Notes under the pieces: model-generated | The model's database searches: none | The model's input: only the letters and a program-made list of their open reading frames with translations | Told to the model about the DNA's origin: nothing | Shown here: positions 19,090-27,735 of the stretch, in pieces | How the letters are laid out: each line of letters begins with the position of its first letter | Position numbering within the stretch: position 1 is the first letter of the stretch | Source of the DNA: Snowella sp. | GTDB taxonomy: Bacteria > Cyanobacteriota > Cyanobacteriia > Cyanobacteriales > Microcystaceae | Reading direction: 5' to 3' | DNA: 64,000 bases | Assembly (NCBI GenBank): GCA_003249095.1 | Contig: QBMS01000003.1 | Span: 15,875 to 79,874 of the forward strand | Made by a program: the position numbers and the translations under genes

Positions 19090-20213
19090 AGTTCTAAGAT
19101 ATTATTCAATGTTTCAGAAAATTTTCTGAATCCGAAATTATTAATGACAGTATTTTGGCATAAATAGCCCAACTTACTAATTTCTTCGCTTGTTAGATTG
19201 TTAAGAGACATCATAACCTCATCAATATCACTTGGGTTAGATATATCAAAAACTGTTTTTTTCTCTTCAAAATTAAAATAAGGGTAAATATCAACTCCTT
19301 TAGAAATATAAACTGGCAAGCCCAAAGAAGCCGCTTCTACGACAGTAAAACCAAAATTTTCTCTATGTGAGAGTAAAATATAAGCATCTGATCCAGCAAT
19401 GAATTTCCATCTATCTTTTCCGAAAACTGGTGAATGGAGAAAAATATTGTTATTACTTTTTTGAAGTGATTCAATTTCATTGTGTAAAGTCTTATCTTCA
19501 AAAGGTCCCATCACTAAAAACTTCCATCCTTTTGGTTGCACTTTGATAAAAGAACGCAGTGTTTCTAGGGGCCTTTTCATTTTTTCAATTCTGGAAAAAA
19601 AGAGTAGTATCTTATCCTCATCTGATAATCCTAGCTTTTTTCTCAGAAATTTTTTACAAGTATCTCTTTCAATAGATGGAGGATTTTCAAAGGCCCAATT
19701 ACAGATATAGCCTTTAATTCGAGACGTGGGTAGGATAGATTTATTTTGTTCAGCTACAGAAGAATAAATAATTTTAAATGCATGTTTTGCAACAATTTTG
19801 CCAATTAATTCTAGCCATATTTTCTTTTTCAATTTATTATATGAAAATGCATAGGGATCGCTAAATCCATGAGGTACCAAATATAGTGGAACATTCAAAT
19901 GACGCGATAATTGATAGCCATAAGAAAAGTGGGAAAGAAAACCTGAATGGACAATTATTCCCTTTGTGCCGCTTTTGACTGATTCTGGGATAAAAGAAAA
20001 AAAATTTAAGTCCGCAGATCTTAAGAATGAAATAAAGGGATTTATGGAACCAATTACTGTAAAGTCAGCTTCACTTCTGGTATCAAAACCAGGAATTTCA
20101 ATATCAATAAAATAACTGTTGATAGACTTACGAAATAATGATTGTGCCGTATAAGTTCCACCAATATCGGGATGTTGCCGAAGGCAAAAGTTAATGTACA
20201 GTGCGTCTGACAT
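19086..20213 (-). CDS. GT-B fold glycosyltransferase (GT4/group 1-like)
   Basis: 375 aa. The C-terminal half (SHRENFGFTVVEAASLGLPV) matches the EX7E-type motif region of GT4 enzymes. Confidence 0.75.
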   Translation of the reverse strand: MSDALYINFCLRQHPDIGGTYTAQSLFRKSINSYFIDIEIPGFDTRSEADFTVIGSINPFISFLRSADLNFFSFIPESVKSGTKGIIVHSGFLSHFSYGYQLSRHLNVPLYLVPHGFSDPYAFSYNKLKKKIWLELIGKIVAKHAFKIIYSSVAEQNKSILPTSRIKGYICNWAFENPPSIERDTCKKFLRKKLGLSDEDKILLFFSRIEKMKRPLETLRSFIKVQPKGWKFLVMGPFEDKTLHNEIESLQKSNNNIFLHSPVFGKDRWKFIAGSDAYILLSHRENFGFTVVEAASLGLPVYISKGVDIYPYFNFEEKKTVFDISNPSDIDEVMMSLNNLTSEEISKLGYLCQNTVINNFGFRKFSETLNNILEL

Positions 20214-20224
20214 AAAAAAATTGG

Positions 20225-20923
20225 TTATTGAGTTAAAACTATTAGTGAGTACCCTCCCATCAGCCTAACGGCTAGATCCTGATTCAACTTAAAGCCTAAG
20301 AATCGAGGTATTTTCGCGATAGTCGTTATCAGTGATTTTTGAGTTCGAGGCAATTCAATTGCTTGGGCTGTATAAAAGTAATCAATGATTTTGTATCCTG
20401 CATCTTCTAATGTTGCCAGTGCGGTTTCTTTTGTAAAGTAATGTAAGTGTCCTACGGTTTTTCTGCCATTAAGTATGGGACGAGATCTTAATACTGAAGA
20501 TATTGAAATATCTAGAGGAATATGAAAAATATGATTTTTTCCTTTCAGTTTTAGTTTTTTCAAAAAACCTAAATAGTCGTCCACATGTTCAAAAACATCT
20601 ATGCAAAGAACCATATCAACGTAAACTTCAGGGTTATCAACAAAATTATCTAGATAAAAATGAAGATTGTCTTTTTTTCTCCTATCAGTTAGGGCAAAGG
20701 CTTGAGGAGATATTTCATATCCGTAAAAAGCTACATTATGTAGTGATGACGATAGATTATATAAAATTTCCCCAGCACCGCAACCAATTTCAGCAATAGT
20801 ATTAGGCTGGAGAGAATTACGATGGATGATTTTTAGAATTTGCTCTGCCTTCCAAGGAGAATCTTCAACACCCCAGGTTGGGTTATTGTTTAAATATTGT
20901 CCATCAGTGTAAATATCAGACAT
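20225..20923 (-). CDS. class I SAM-dependent methyltransferase
   Basis: Motif I IAEIGCGAGE and post-I/II motifs (GYEIS, VLCIDVFEHV). Confidence 0.8.
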   Translation of the reverse strand: MSDIYTDGQYLNNNPTWGVEDSPWKAEQILKIIHRNSLQPNTIAEIGCGAGEILYNLSSSLHNVAFYGYEISPQAFALTDRRKKDNLHFYLDNFVDNPEVYVDMVLCIDVFEHVDDYLGFLKKLKLKGKNHIFHIPLDISISSVLRSRPILNGRKTVGHLHYFTKETALATLEDAGYKIIDYFYTAQAIELPRTQKSLITTIAKIPRFLGFKLNQDLAVRLMGGYSLIVLTQ

Positions 20924-20969
20924 TAAAAATACCTTCCTAGCTAATATAAATTAACAAGAGGCAAGAAAA

Positions 20970-21800
20970 TTACTTATAAAATATTCTTGCCCAATCATGA
21001 TTAAATTTGATTCCACTTTCACTCAAAGTAAGCCAAGGATGCAGACCTTGTTCAGGAGAATATTTTTGAACGTAAAAAGCAAATAGATTTTGCTGTTGAG
21101 GAAATATTAAAGAAAAAAGAGTATAGATAGGCTTAGCTATCATAATCATGAAAGATTTAATTGTACTATTTCGCTCTAATCCAGAAGTAGCGGGAACATC
21201 ATTAGAATACTTATAGCGAAATATGTGGTTTGAATAAGGTGAATACGAACTGATTGTTTTTTCTATTTCACGCTCAGTCCACCGATAAATATAGTTAGGA
21301 ATTTCAGTGTTATTTACACCTCCGTATTTTCCATCATTAAAATAAACCGCAGCATGTTCATAGGTTGGAGTAAAATTCAACTTCTCTAAAAGGCGCATCA
21401 ACAAACTATCACGAGATTCAAATGCAATAACTCCTTTTTTAGCAACTCGATACATCTCAAGTAAAGCCCTATGGGGAGATCGACAATGATGAAGGGCGGC
21501 GTGGACAACCACAAAGTCAAATTCAGAATCATCGTAGGTCAAGTCTTCTGCATCTTGGTAACTCCATTGATAAGGAGTGAATTCGTCACCCTTTACTCTA
21601 GAGTCAAGATTGGAAACGACCACATTTTGAAATCCCAGTTGCAACAATACAGCACTATCGTTCTCTCCTCCTCCAACGATTAGGATTCTACTTGTCACAT
21701 CTGGAATCCAATCACCGAGAACCTCTTTTGCGAAAGAATATCTACTATTTGTTATTGTAGATGTCGTGCTTTTCGGTGAAACTATATTTTGTGCTGACAT
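20970..21800 (-). CDS. class I SAM-dependent methyltransferase
   Basis: ILIVGGGENDS motif I-like, acidic residue after beta-2 (VVVSNLD), and FDFVVVHAALHH. Confidence 0.75.
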   Translation of the reverse strand: MSAQNIVSPKSTTSTITNSRYSFAKEVLGDWIPDVTSRILIVGGGENDSAVLLQLGFQNVVVSNLDSRVKGDEFTPYQWSYQDAEDLTYDDSEFDFVVVHAALHHCRSPHRALLEMYRVAKKGVIAFESRDSLLMRLLEKLNFTPTYEHAAVYFNDGKYGGVNNTEIPNYIYRWTEREIEKTISSYSPYSNHIFRYKYSNDVPATSGLERNSTIKSFMIMIAKPIYTLFSLIFPQQQNLFAFYVQKYSPEQGLHPWLTLSESGIKFNHDWARIFYK

Positions 21801-21864
21801 AAAACGTTTTTATGGTGAGATTTGGTAAATGGAATCTGAGTAGATAAAAATTCATTACAAATCA

Positions 21865-22701
21865 CTAAAATTTGGGGATTGCGTAGAGTGATTTACCTGC
21901 AAGAGATAGCGTCTTAAAAAAACGAATTAAGTAATTAAACTCTAATACTTGAAGCAATTGCCATACCAATCTCCATACTTTAGCGCGAAAAGATGAAATA
22001 TTCCATGAAGATTGCTGCAATATTACCATAATCTCTGGATAATACAATATAGATTGGGTTTTAATTACTTGTGAAGTCTTTGAGTTTTCTTGCCATCTGA
22101 AGGCTCCAAGAAACTTAGGGATGTGTTCAAATCTACAACCCATTTTCATTAGTTTTATCCACATATCTACATCCATAGCTATGTGAAACTTAGGATTAAG
22201 ATAATTATTTTGTCTAATAACACTAGTTTTATAAAAAACAGCAGGTTGATTCATAAACCATACACATCGCCTCGCGAAAAAATATGTTTGCTTTGAAACA
22301 ATAGACATTCCTATTACTTTACTGTCTTCATTAATGTAAATACAATTACTATTTATAACATCAGGTTGGTTGTTAGCTAAATAAAACTCAGCAATCTCCC
22401 GCAAACAATTCGGCAACAATACATCATCGCTATTAACCCATGCACAAAGCTCTCCCGTTGAACGACGAAATCCTTTATTGATTGCATCAGATTGGCCATC
22501 ATCTTTTTCACTAATCCACCATGTAATCTTATCTTCATATTCTCGTATTATATCAACTGAGCCATCTGTACTACCTCCGTCAGCTACAAAATATTCAAAA
22601 TTAGGGTAGTCTTGATTTATGACAGATTCGATTGTTTCTCTAATAAAGCTGGCTTGATTAAAAGAAGGAGTTACTATTGTTATTTTAGGTAATGTTGACA
22701 T
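21865..22701 (-). CDS. family 2 glycosyltransferase
   Basis: KITIVTPSFNQ...FVADGGSTDGS...NSDD. The ATG at 22701 (MSTLPKITIV) is preferred over the upstream ORF-track start at 22740. Confidence 0.85.
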   Translation of the reverse strand: MSTLPKITIVTPSFNQASFIRETIESVINQDYPNFEYFVADGGSTDGSVDIIREYEDKITWWISEKDDGQSDAINKGFRRSTGELCAWVNSDDVLLPNCLREIAEFYLANNQPDVINSNCIYINEDSKVIGMSIVSKQTYFFARRCVWFMNQPAVFYKTSVIRQNNYLNPKFHIAMDVDMWIKLMKMGCRFEHIPKFLGAFRWQENSKTSQVIKTQSILYYPEIMVILQQSSWNISSFRAKVWRLVWQLLQVLEFNYLIRFFKTLSLAGKSLYAIPKF

Positions 22702-22768
22702 TTGTTTTTTAATTGATTGTTGGAATAATAAAACTATCAAGATTAAGGTACAGTATTATAATCATACA

Positions 22769-22900
22769 TTTTAATCAGCGTTGTCAAATTTAAAGATGAT
22801 CTAAATCAGCGCAGATGTGGAAACGCTTTGATGGCAAGCATTTCGTTGTGTTGCAGTGCATCTTTCATGTTCCGATCTGACAACGCCTTTTAATCTGCTA
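22769..22900. repeat. imperfect palindromic (MITE-like) intergenic element
   Basis: GCGTTGTCA (22778-22786) pairs with TGACAACGC (22878-22886). By eye, the interior resembles the ~92-bp insertion at 26707-26798. Boundaries are approximate. Confidence 0.3.
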
Positions 22901-22927
22901 GATTTGGCTTTAAGATCACCTCATTTT

Positions 22928-23707
22928 TTAGCCGTGTAAGAACTCTTCTAAAGCAATTCTAGGAAAAATTTCAAGTTTACCGCCATCAGTGGCATTGAAG
23001 ACTTTCCTTTTATTTTCAGTAAAAATAGTATTTGCCAAGATATAATAACATTCACTTGCCGCGATATCTGGTAATTGCCACCTTACTCCACCAGCGAAGT
23101 AATTGGGATCAAAATGATTTTCATCTTTTTCTTCGGAAAGAACAATTGCGTTAGATATACCTTTAGTAACAAAATTATGATCGCACCCGACAAGAGCTAC
23201 TTCCGAGAATCCCATATGAAAAGCCAACTCCAGCGCGGTAAAAGTAACTGTCGGGCCAGTATTTATGCTAATCGAACAATCTTGAGCAAATTTATATTGC
23301 GCGCAATGATGAAGAAAAGTAACATTAGGACGAAATTTGATTAATGATCTACCAATTGAATTAATGAATATAGGTATATCAGTATGGTTATAGTATTCAG
23401 CATTTTGTTCTATCACAAATTCATTTACAGCTACTACGCAAGATGGTCTAAAATTATTTTTATCAAAAAGGAGATTAATTTTATTTAATCCAAACGTAAA
23501 GACACCTTCCAATAAAGAAAAATCCGTTTTTAGTAGACTTGGACCATTACACAAAATCACTGCTTTTTGTTCTGGGTATTTATCTTTTAAGCTTCTAAGT
23601 TTTTTTCGGGAAAGCCATGATTCGATTTTCATATCCCATAAGAGTCTATTCATGATCTGATAGACACCATAATAATAGGGATTAATTGATTTTTTTGTCG
23701 TTAACAT
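22928..23707 (-). CDS. DUF115 / MptE-like (Maf-type) protein, putative transferase
   Basis: AVILCNGPSLL...FGLNKI...VALVGCDHNF resembles the GNGPSL...G(C/V)D signature of DUF115 proteins found in nonulosonic-acid glycosylation loci. Recognition is from memory. Confidence 0.5.
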   Translation of the reverse strand: MLTTKKSINPYYYGVYQIMNRLLWDMKIESWLSRKKLRSLKDKYPEQKAVILCNGPSLLKTDFSLLEGVFTFGLNKINLLFDKNNFRPSCVVAVNEFVIEQNAEYYNHTDIPIFINSIGRSLIKFRPNVTFLHHCAQYKFAQDCSISINTGPTVTFTALELAFHMGFSEVALVGCDHNFVTKGISNAIVLSEEKDENHFDPNYFAGGVRWQLPDIAASECYYILANTIFTENKRKVFNATDGGKLEIFPRIALEEFLHG

Positions 23708-23789
23708 AATAATTGTTAAATATTAAATTTCCTTCGCTTTTCTATAGAGTAAAAGCAAAAAATATGATGAGTGTAAGTGGATTATTAAA

Positions 23790-25115
23790 TTATAATACGA
23801 TTTTTTTTCTTGTAGGTCGCTTTCGTCCTCTAATAGATTTTGAGTAAACAAATTTTATCAAAAAGAAAAAAAGAGTTAAGAAAAAGGAAATTTGAAAATT
23901 ACGATAAATAAAAAAGCTATAGAAAACAGACCATATTAACCACGAAATAGAAAGAACATAAAGGATATAAGCTTCCAACGAAAAAAAACAATATTTCTCA
24001 ATGAAAGCAATGATATTACCAGTTAAAAAACAAAAAATTGGTGTTAGTAAAATACCAAAATCCATAATAAATTCGCGAACAAAAGTTCCCCATACATTCC
24101 AAAATCTACCATAGGCTATGTAAGTAGATTCAAGTTCTTCTTTCCATTTAAACCATTCGATAACAGATTGACTTCCTGTAAACAAACTTGAAATATAATT
24201 AAACTGATATTGTCCAAATAATGGATGGGGAGAGTAGGATAAATAAACAGGTTCAAAATTAAATATTCCATTGCTAAAACTATATAGAACAGAATGAAGA
24301 ATATATGATATTGTAAGATCAAAATCTATGTTATTAGTTAAAAGATTAGATGTTTTGAGAGAGCTATAAATTGTTGCAATTTCTTTTCCGTCTTGGACAG
24401 TGTCAATAAATGAAGAAGACCGATACATAGTCCATAGGCCAGCAAATGTAGATGCTGCAATAAATAATATTACCAATATTAAAGTAGAAAAAATTTTATT
24501 TTTAATAAAAAGGTTTTTGTATCTAATTGCGATGCTAACAAAGAGAGGTAAATATCCAGCAAATATATTTATTCTTCCACCTGTTGCTAATCCAGTCAAT
24601 AAATATCCTATCAGATATAGTATCAAGACTACTATTTTTTTAACTATAGAATAATTTTTTCCATCTTTGATCCATGGAAGGCAAATCCCGCCAATTATGC
24701 CGATAGAAATGGAGTATTGAGTCAAATACGAAGTTAGAGAAGACGTTTTGTTTGAGCTTAGGTACGAGTCTCTCTGATTTTCTAGAGAAGACAAATCACT
24801 GATATTGAAAGAAGATCCAGAACTAGAATAAAAAAGAATCCCACCTAAAAAACCCAAAACACAGCAAAAATAGACCAGAAAAGCTATCTTTGAATTTGGT
24901 TGTATAAACATTTCAGATTTTGCGAATTTTAATCGTCCATACTGTTTTTTGCCTAAAACAATACCAGATAATAAAGCAAAAAAACAAACAAAAAGGTAAT
25001 AAAAGGCTTCAAGATCATCAGATTCAGGTGAATAAATTCCTAGTATAACAAGAGACAGATAAGAAAAAAGAGCAGTTAACCATGCATATAAAAAGGCATA
25101 AATTGATATATTCAT
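23790..25115 (-). CDS. wzy: polytopic membrane protein, O-antigen/EPS polymerase (Wzy)-like
   Basis: 441 aa, more than 10 predicted TM segments, very AT-rich and poorly conserved-looking, positioned next to the flippase. The call rests on context and topology only. Confidence 0.55.
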   Translation of the reverse strand: MNISIYAFLYAWLTALFSYLSLVILGIYSPESDDLEAFYYLFVCFFALLSGIVLGKKQYGRLKFAKSEMFIQPNSKIAFLVYFCCVLGFLGGILFYSSSGSSFNISDLSSLENQRDSYLSSNKTSSLTSYLTQYSISIGIIGGICLPWIKDGKNYSIVKKIVVLILYLIGYLLTGLATGGRINIFAGYLPLFVSIAIRYKNLFIKNKIFSTLILVILFIAASTFAGLWTMYRSSSFIDTVQDGKEIATIYSSLKTSNLLTNNIDFDLTISYILHSVLYSFSNGIFNFEPVYLSYSPHPLFGQYQFNYISSLFTGSQSVIEWFKWKEELESTYIAYGRFWNVWGTFVREFIMDFGILLTPIFCFLTGNIIAFIEKYCFFSLEAYILYVLSISWLIWSVFYSFFIYRNFQISFFLTLFFFLIKFVYSKSIRGRKRPTRKKIVL

Positions 25116-25151
25116 ATTTTATAAAATTTGTTTTTAATTAGCAGCATCTTT

Positions 25152-25931
25152 CTAGTTCCGAAAAAGTTTGTGTTTATCGAAAAAGAGAGGATGGCGACCA
25201 TTAAGAGAAGAAGCAATCAAACAATTACGAAGCCAATTGTCATGATAGCGAAAACCATTAAGAACTTCAAAAGGAGAAAGAACCCCTTGCTTCAGAGAAC
25301 GAGCTTTACGACAAAAAGGATGGAAATTCCATAGAATCGCCATAGAACGGACAGTAAGTTGAGTAGAAGACAAAGAACCGTGAAAATACTGCATAGAATA
25401 GAGTATGCGGTCAAAATAATTTATCGGACGGTCAACTTGGTTGCTGGTACGATAAGCATCAGGAAAGTCGAAAGCCGCTTGATAAAGACGAGATTTTGTC
25501 CGAATACGGCGTAACTTCTGGACAATAAAGTCGGCTACCTGAGATTGTTTAACCCATGCGAGAAAACGTCTCAAGCGTTGGGCAAATTCTCTTTTATTAG
25601 AGGCATGATAAATGAACCAAAGTTTTTGCGTTAGAGTATGACATAAACTGGCTTTAGAGCGACGGATATTCCTGATTTTGAGAACTTCATGTAAAAAACA
25701 AAGGATGAGGGTAATACCAGAAAAGAGGGATTTCCACGCACTACAGGTGGCTTCCCAAGCATCAGTCGTTACGGTTAAGGGTTGATAATTAGGATTTAGT
25801 TGTCGAGCCTCTGTTTTAAACTGACCATAGGCTTTTTCTAAACTCGTTTTATCAGCATTTTCGCTGACACTTGCCCCCAATACACACCCATTCGCTGCCG
25901 TCATTGCTATGAAGACTTTTTTCCTTTGCAC
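25152..25931 (-). CDS. IS transposase orfB (C-terminal part, -1 frame relative to orfA)
   Basis: 259-aa ORF in the -1 frame overlapping orfA by 25 nt, with candidate catalytic residues TTDAW and LHEVLK. It is probably expressed as an orfAB fusion. Confidence 0.75.
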   Translation of the reverse strand: MQRKKVFIAMTAANGCVLGASVSENADKTSLEKAYGQFKTEARQLNPNYQPLTVTTDAWEATCSAWKSLFSGITLILCFLHEVLKIRNIRRSKASLCHTLTQKLWFIYHASNKREFAQRLRRFLAWVKQSQVADFIVQKLRRIRTKSRLYQAAFDFPDAYRTSNQVDRPINYFDRILYSMQYFHGSLSSTQLTVRSMAILWNFHPFCRKARSLKQGVLSPFEVLNGFRYHDNWLRNCLIASSLNGRHPLFFDKHKLFRN

Positions 25932-26425
25932 TCACTATGCTTTTCATCCGCCACTAGATGAAGGGGCAATTTTTCGACTCTCTTTACCGTACTCCCAACT
26001 AACGATACTCTTCCAAGACTTTGGCATAATCTGTACCAATGCTTTTCCGATTTTCCTAACACGAAAGCTATTCCCTCATAAGGTAGCCCTTTTTCTTTTA
26101 AATATAAGGCTTTTTCTGCTATTTCTATCCTTTCACTCATATACGGCATGACAAAATCTGGGCGGATTTGATAGGCTTCTTTATTTTCTTTGAGTCTTAT
26201 TCTCCTCATTTTTAGCTTTTGGCGGCTTGATTCTACAAATCCATGCAATTTATATCCTTTTTCTATTTCTTCTGGGAATATTTCTGGGTGCTTTTCTATC
26301 ATTTGATTTAGATAGTTTCGATACTCTTGCTGGTTTTTGACCAGGTTTTCGTACTCTATTCCCTCTTCTATTGGCAGACAGATGGTTTTATCTCCTGCTA
26401 TTCCTCTCGCTTTTTTCGGTGACAT
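25907..26425 (-). CDS. IS transposase orfA (N-terminal part)
   Basis: 172 aa. It ends inside the slippery A_AAA_AAG site and contains a candidate first catalytic Asp context, LHLVADEKH. Confidence 0.75.
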   Translation of the reverse strand: MSPKKARGIAGDKTICLPIEEGIEYENLVKNQQEYRNYLNQMIEKHPEIFPEEIEKGYKLHGFVESSRQKLKMRRIRLKENKEAYQIRPDFVMPYMSERIEIAEKALYLKEKGLPYEGIAFVLGKSEKHWYRLCQSLGRVSLVGSTVKRVEKLPLHLVADEKHSECKGKKSS

Positions 26426-26601
26426 GGTTTTTGCCTCCTACGCTCTTCCTCTATTTTACAATAGACACAAACTTGTTCGGAACTAGGCATCTTTATCATC
26501 GGTTAATCAGAAGGTGATACCAAAAGTTTAAGACACTTGTTATAGAACTTATTTGGTATCTTTTTTTATACTGGAGAAAATAAAATAGAGAGGAAACGGA
26601 A

Positions 26602-27529
26602 ATGTACTCAAGTAGCCTAACGGATGAAGAGTGGTTAATCATAGAACCGCTATTGCCCAAGAAAAAGCTGACTTGTCCACTTACATGGACTAAACGAGAA
26701 ATGTTATAGCAGTTCCTGATCAGATGCAGTACAGCAGAAGCCTTGATAAATAAGCATTACAGCCGTCTCAGTGTACCTCATGTCAGCGAAAACCGCCATA
26801 GACGGTATTTTCTATCAGCTTAAAAACGGATGTAATTGGGGCGATTTCCCCAAACATTTTCCTCCCTATTCAACCGTATACTGGTATTACAAACAATGGC
26901 GAAGTCAAGGGATTATCCAAGAAATCATGGAGACATTGCATAAAAGATTGCGGCACCAAGAAGAAAGAAACTTGTGGACGACTCTCATCATGATTGACTC
27001 TCAAGCTGTTAAAAATACCTGCAACGCCAGTGTAGAGACAAAGGGATTTTGTTTTTACAAGTGTACCAACGGTATTAAGCGTCATCTTGCGGTTGATAGT
27101 CTCGGCTTTCCTTTGTTTGCGAATTGCACTCCAGCTAATGTTTCGGATGACCAAGGGCTGATTGAATTATTAACCCTCAATATCGATTATTTTAAATCAA
27201 AACCCTCTGAATTCCCCAAAACAACGATTCTTTTAGATAACGGTTATCATCTTGACACTATCGCAAAAGCTTTAGTCAAAGTTTATCCAGCGATAATGAG
27301 TAAAATCCAGTTTGAACTCTCTCCTAAACCCTCTAAGGCTGAAAAAGCGGAGAAAGGCTTATCGGGATTTGTGCCTGTTAAAACAAGGTGGGTGGTTGAA
27401 AGAAGTAATGCTTGGATGGAGCGATGCAAGTCTTTAGTGAAAAATTTTGAACGCACTTTGGCTCATGCCACCACCAAAATCCATCTTTGCTTTCTCCGAC
27501 TTTTATTACGAAGGTTAGCTGTTTCTTGA
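26602..27529 (+). pseudogene. IS5-family transposase gene interrupted by a ~92-bp insertion
   Basis: The 35-codon N-terminal piece (MYSSSLTDEEWLIIEPLLPKKKLTCPLTWTKREML, stop at 26707) and the remainder (from about AIDGIFYQLKNGCNW, 26795 onward) lie in different frames, separated by unrelated sequence. Confidence 0.7.
26707..26798. repeat. small insertion (MITE-like) inside the IS5-family transposase gene
   Basis: About 92 bp flanked by TA (26705-26706 and 26799-26800); removing it joins ...REML to DGIFYQL in frame. It has weak terminal inverted similarity and, by eye, resembles 22769-22900. Confidence 0.4.
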
Positions 27530-27735
27530 GATACCAAATGGGTTCTATATCAAATTAAATAAAGAAAAGAGTACATAAAAAATATGTAAGAATTTTATTT
27601 TCTAGTAAATACAATTTTTTTATTATCAATAAGAAATAGTAGTAAATGCATAGGATAAATAAAAACCTTACGTAATTACCTCAACAAAGTTCTTGAACAT
27701 TTCGGGGTTTGGTATGTACCTAATTTTGCATATAT

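Larger units (their letters stand above)
25152..26486 (-). mobile_element. intact insertion sequence (1335 bp), family not assigned
   Basis: Terminal inverted repeats are CTAGTTCCGAAAAAGTTTGTGT (25152-25173) and ACACAAACTTGTTCGGAACTAG (26465-26486), matching at 21 of 22 positions. An 8-bp direct repeat GCATCTTT lies at 25144-25151 and 26487-26494. Two overlapping transposase ORFs lie inside. Confidence 0.85.
26541..27549 (+). mobile_element. IS5-family (ISL2/IS1031-like) insertion sequence, inactivated
   Basis: Inverted repeats are TATAGAACTTATTTGGTATC (26541-26560) and GATACCAAATGGGTTCTATA (27530-27549), matching at 18 of 20 positions. The transposase has the typical LTDEEW...IEPLLP N-terminus and ERSNAW...FER C-terminus. 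Confidence 0.75.

Noticed and set aside
26513-26560. Hairpin formed by GATACCAAAAG upstream of the IS5-like left IR, read as a remnant of a second IS copy
   Set aside because: Only about 9-11 nt match the right IR, which is too short to separate from chance or target-site preference. It is noted under the IS finding only.
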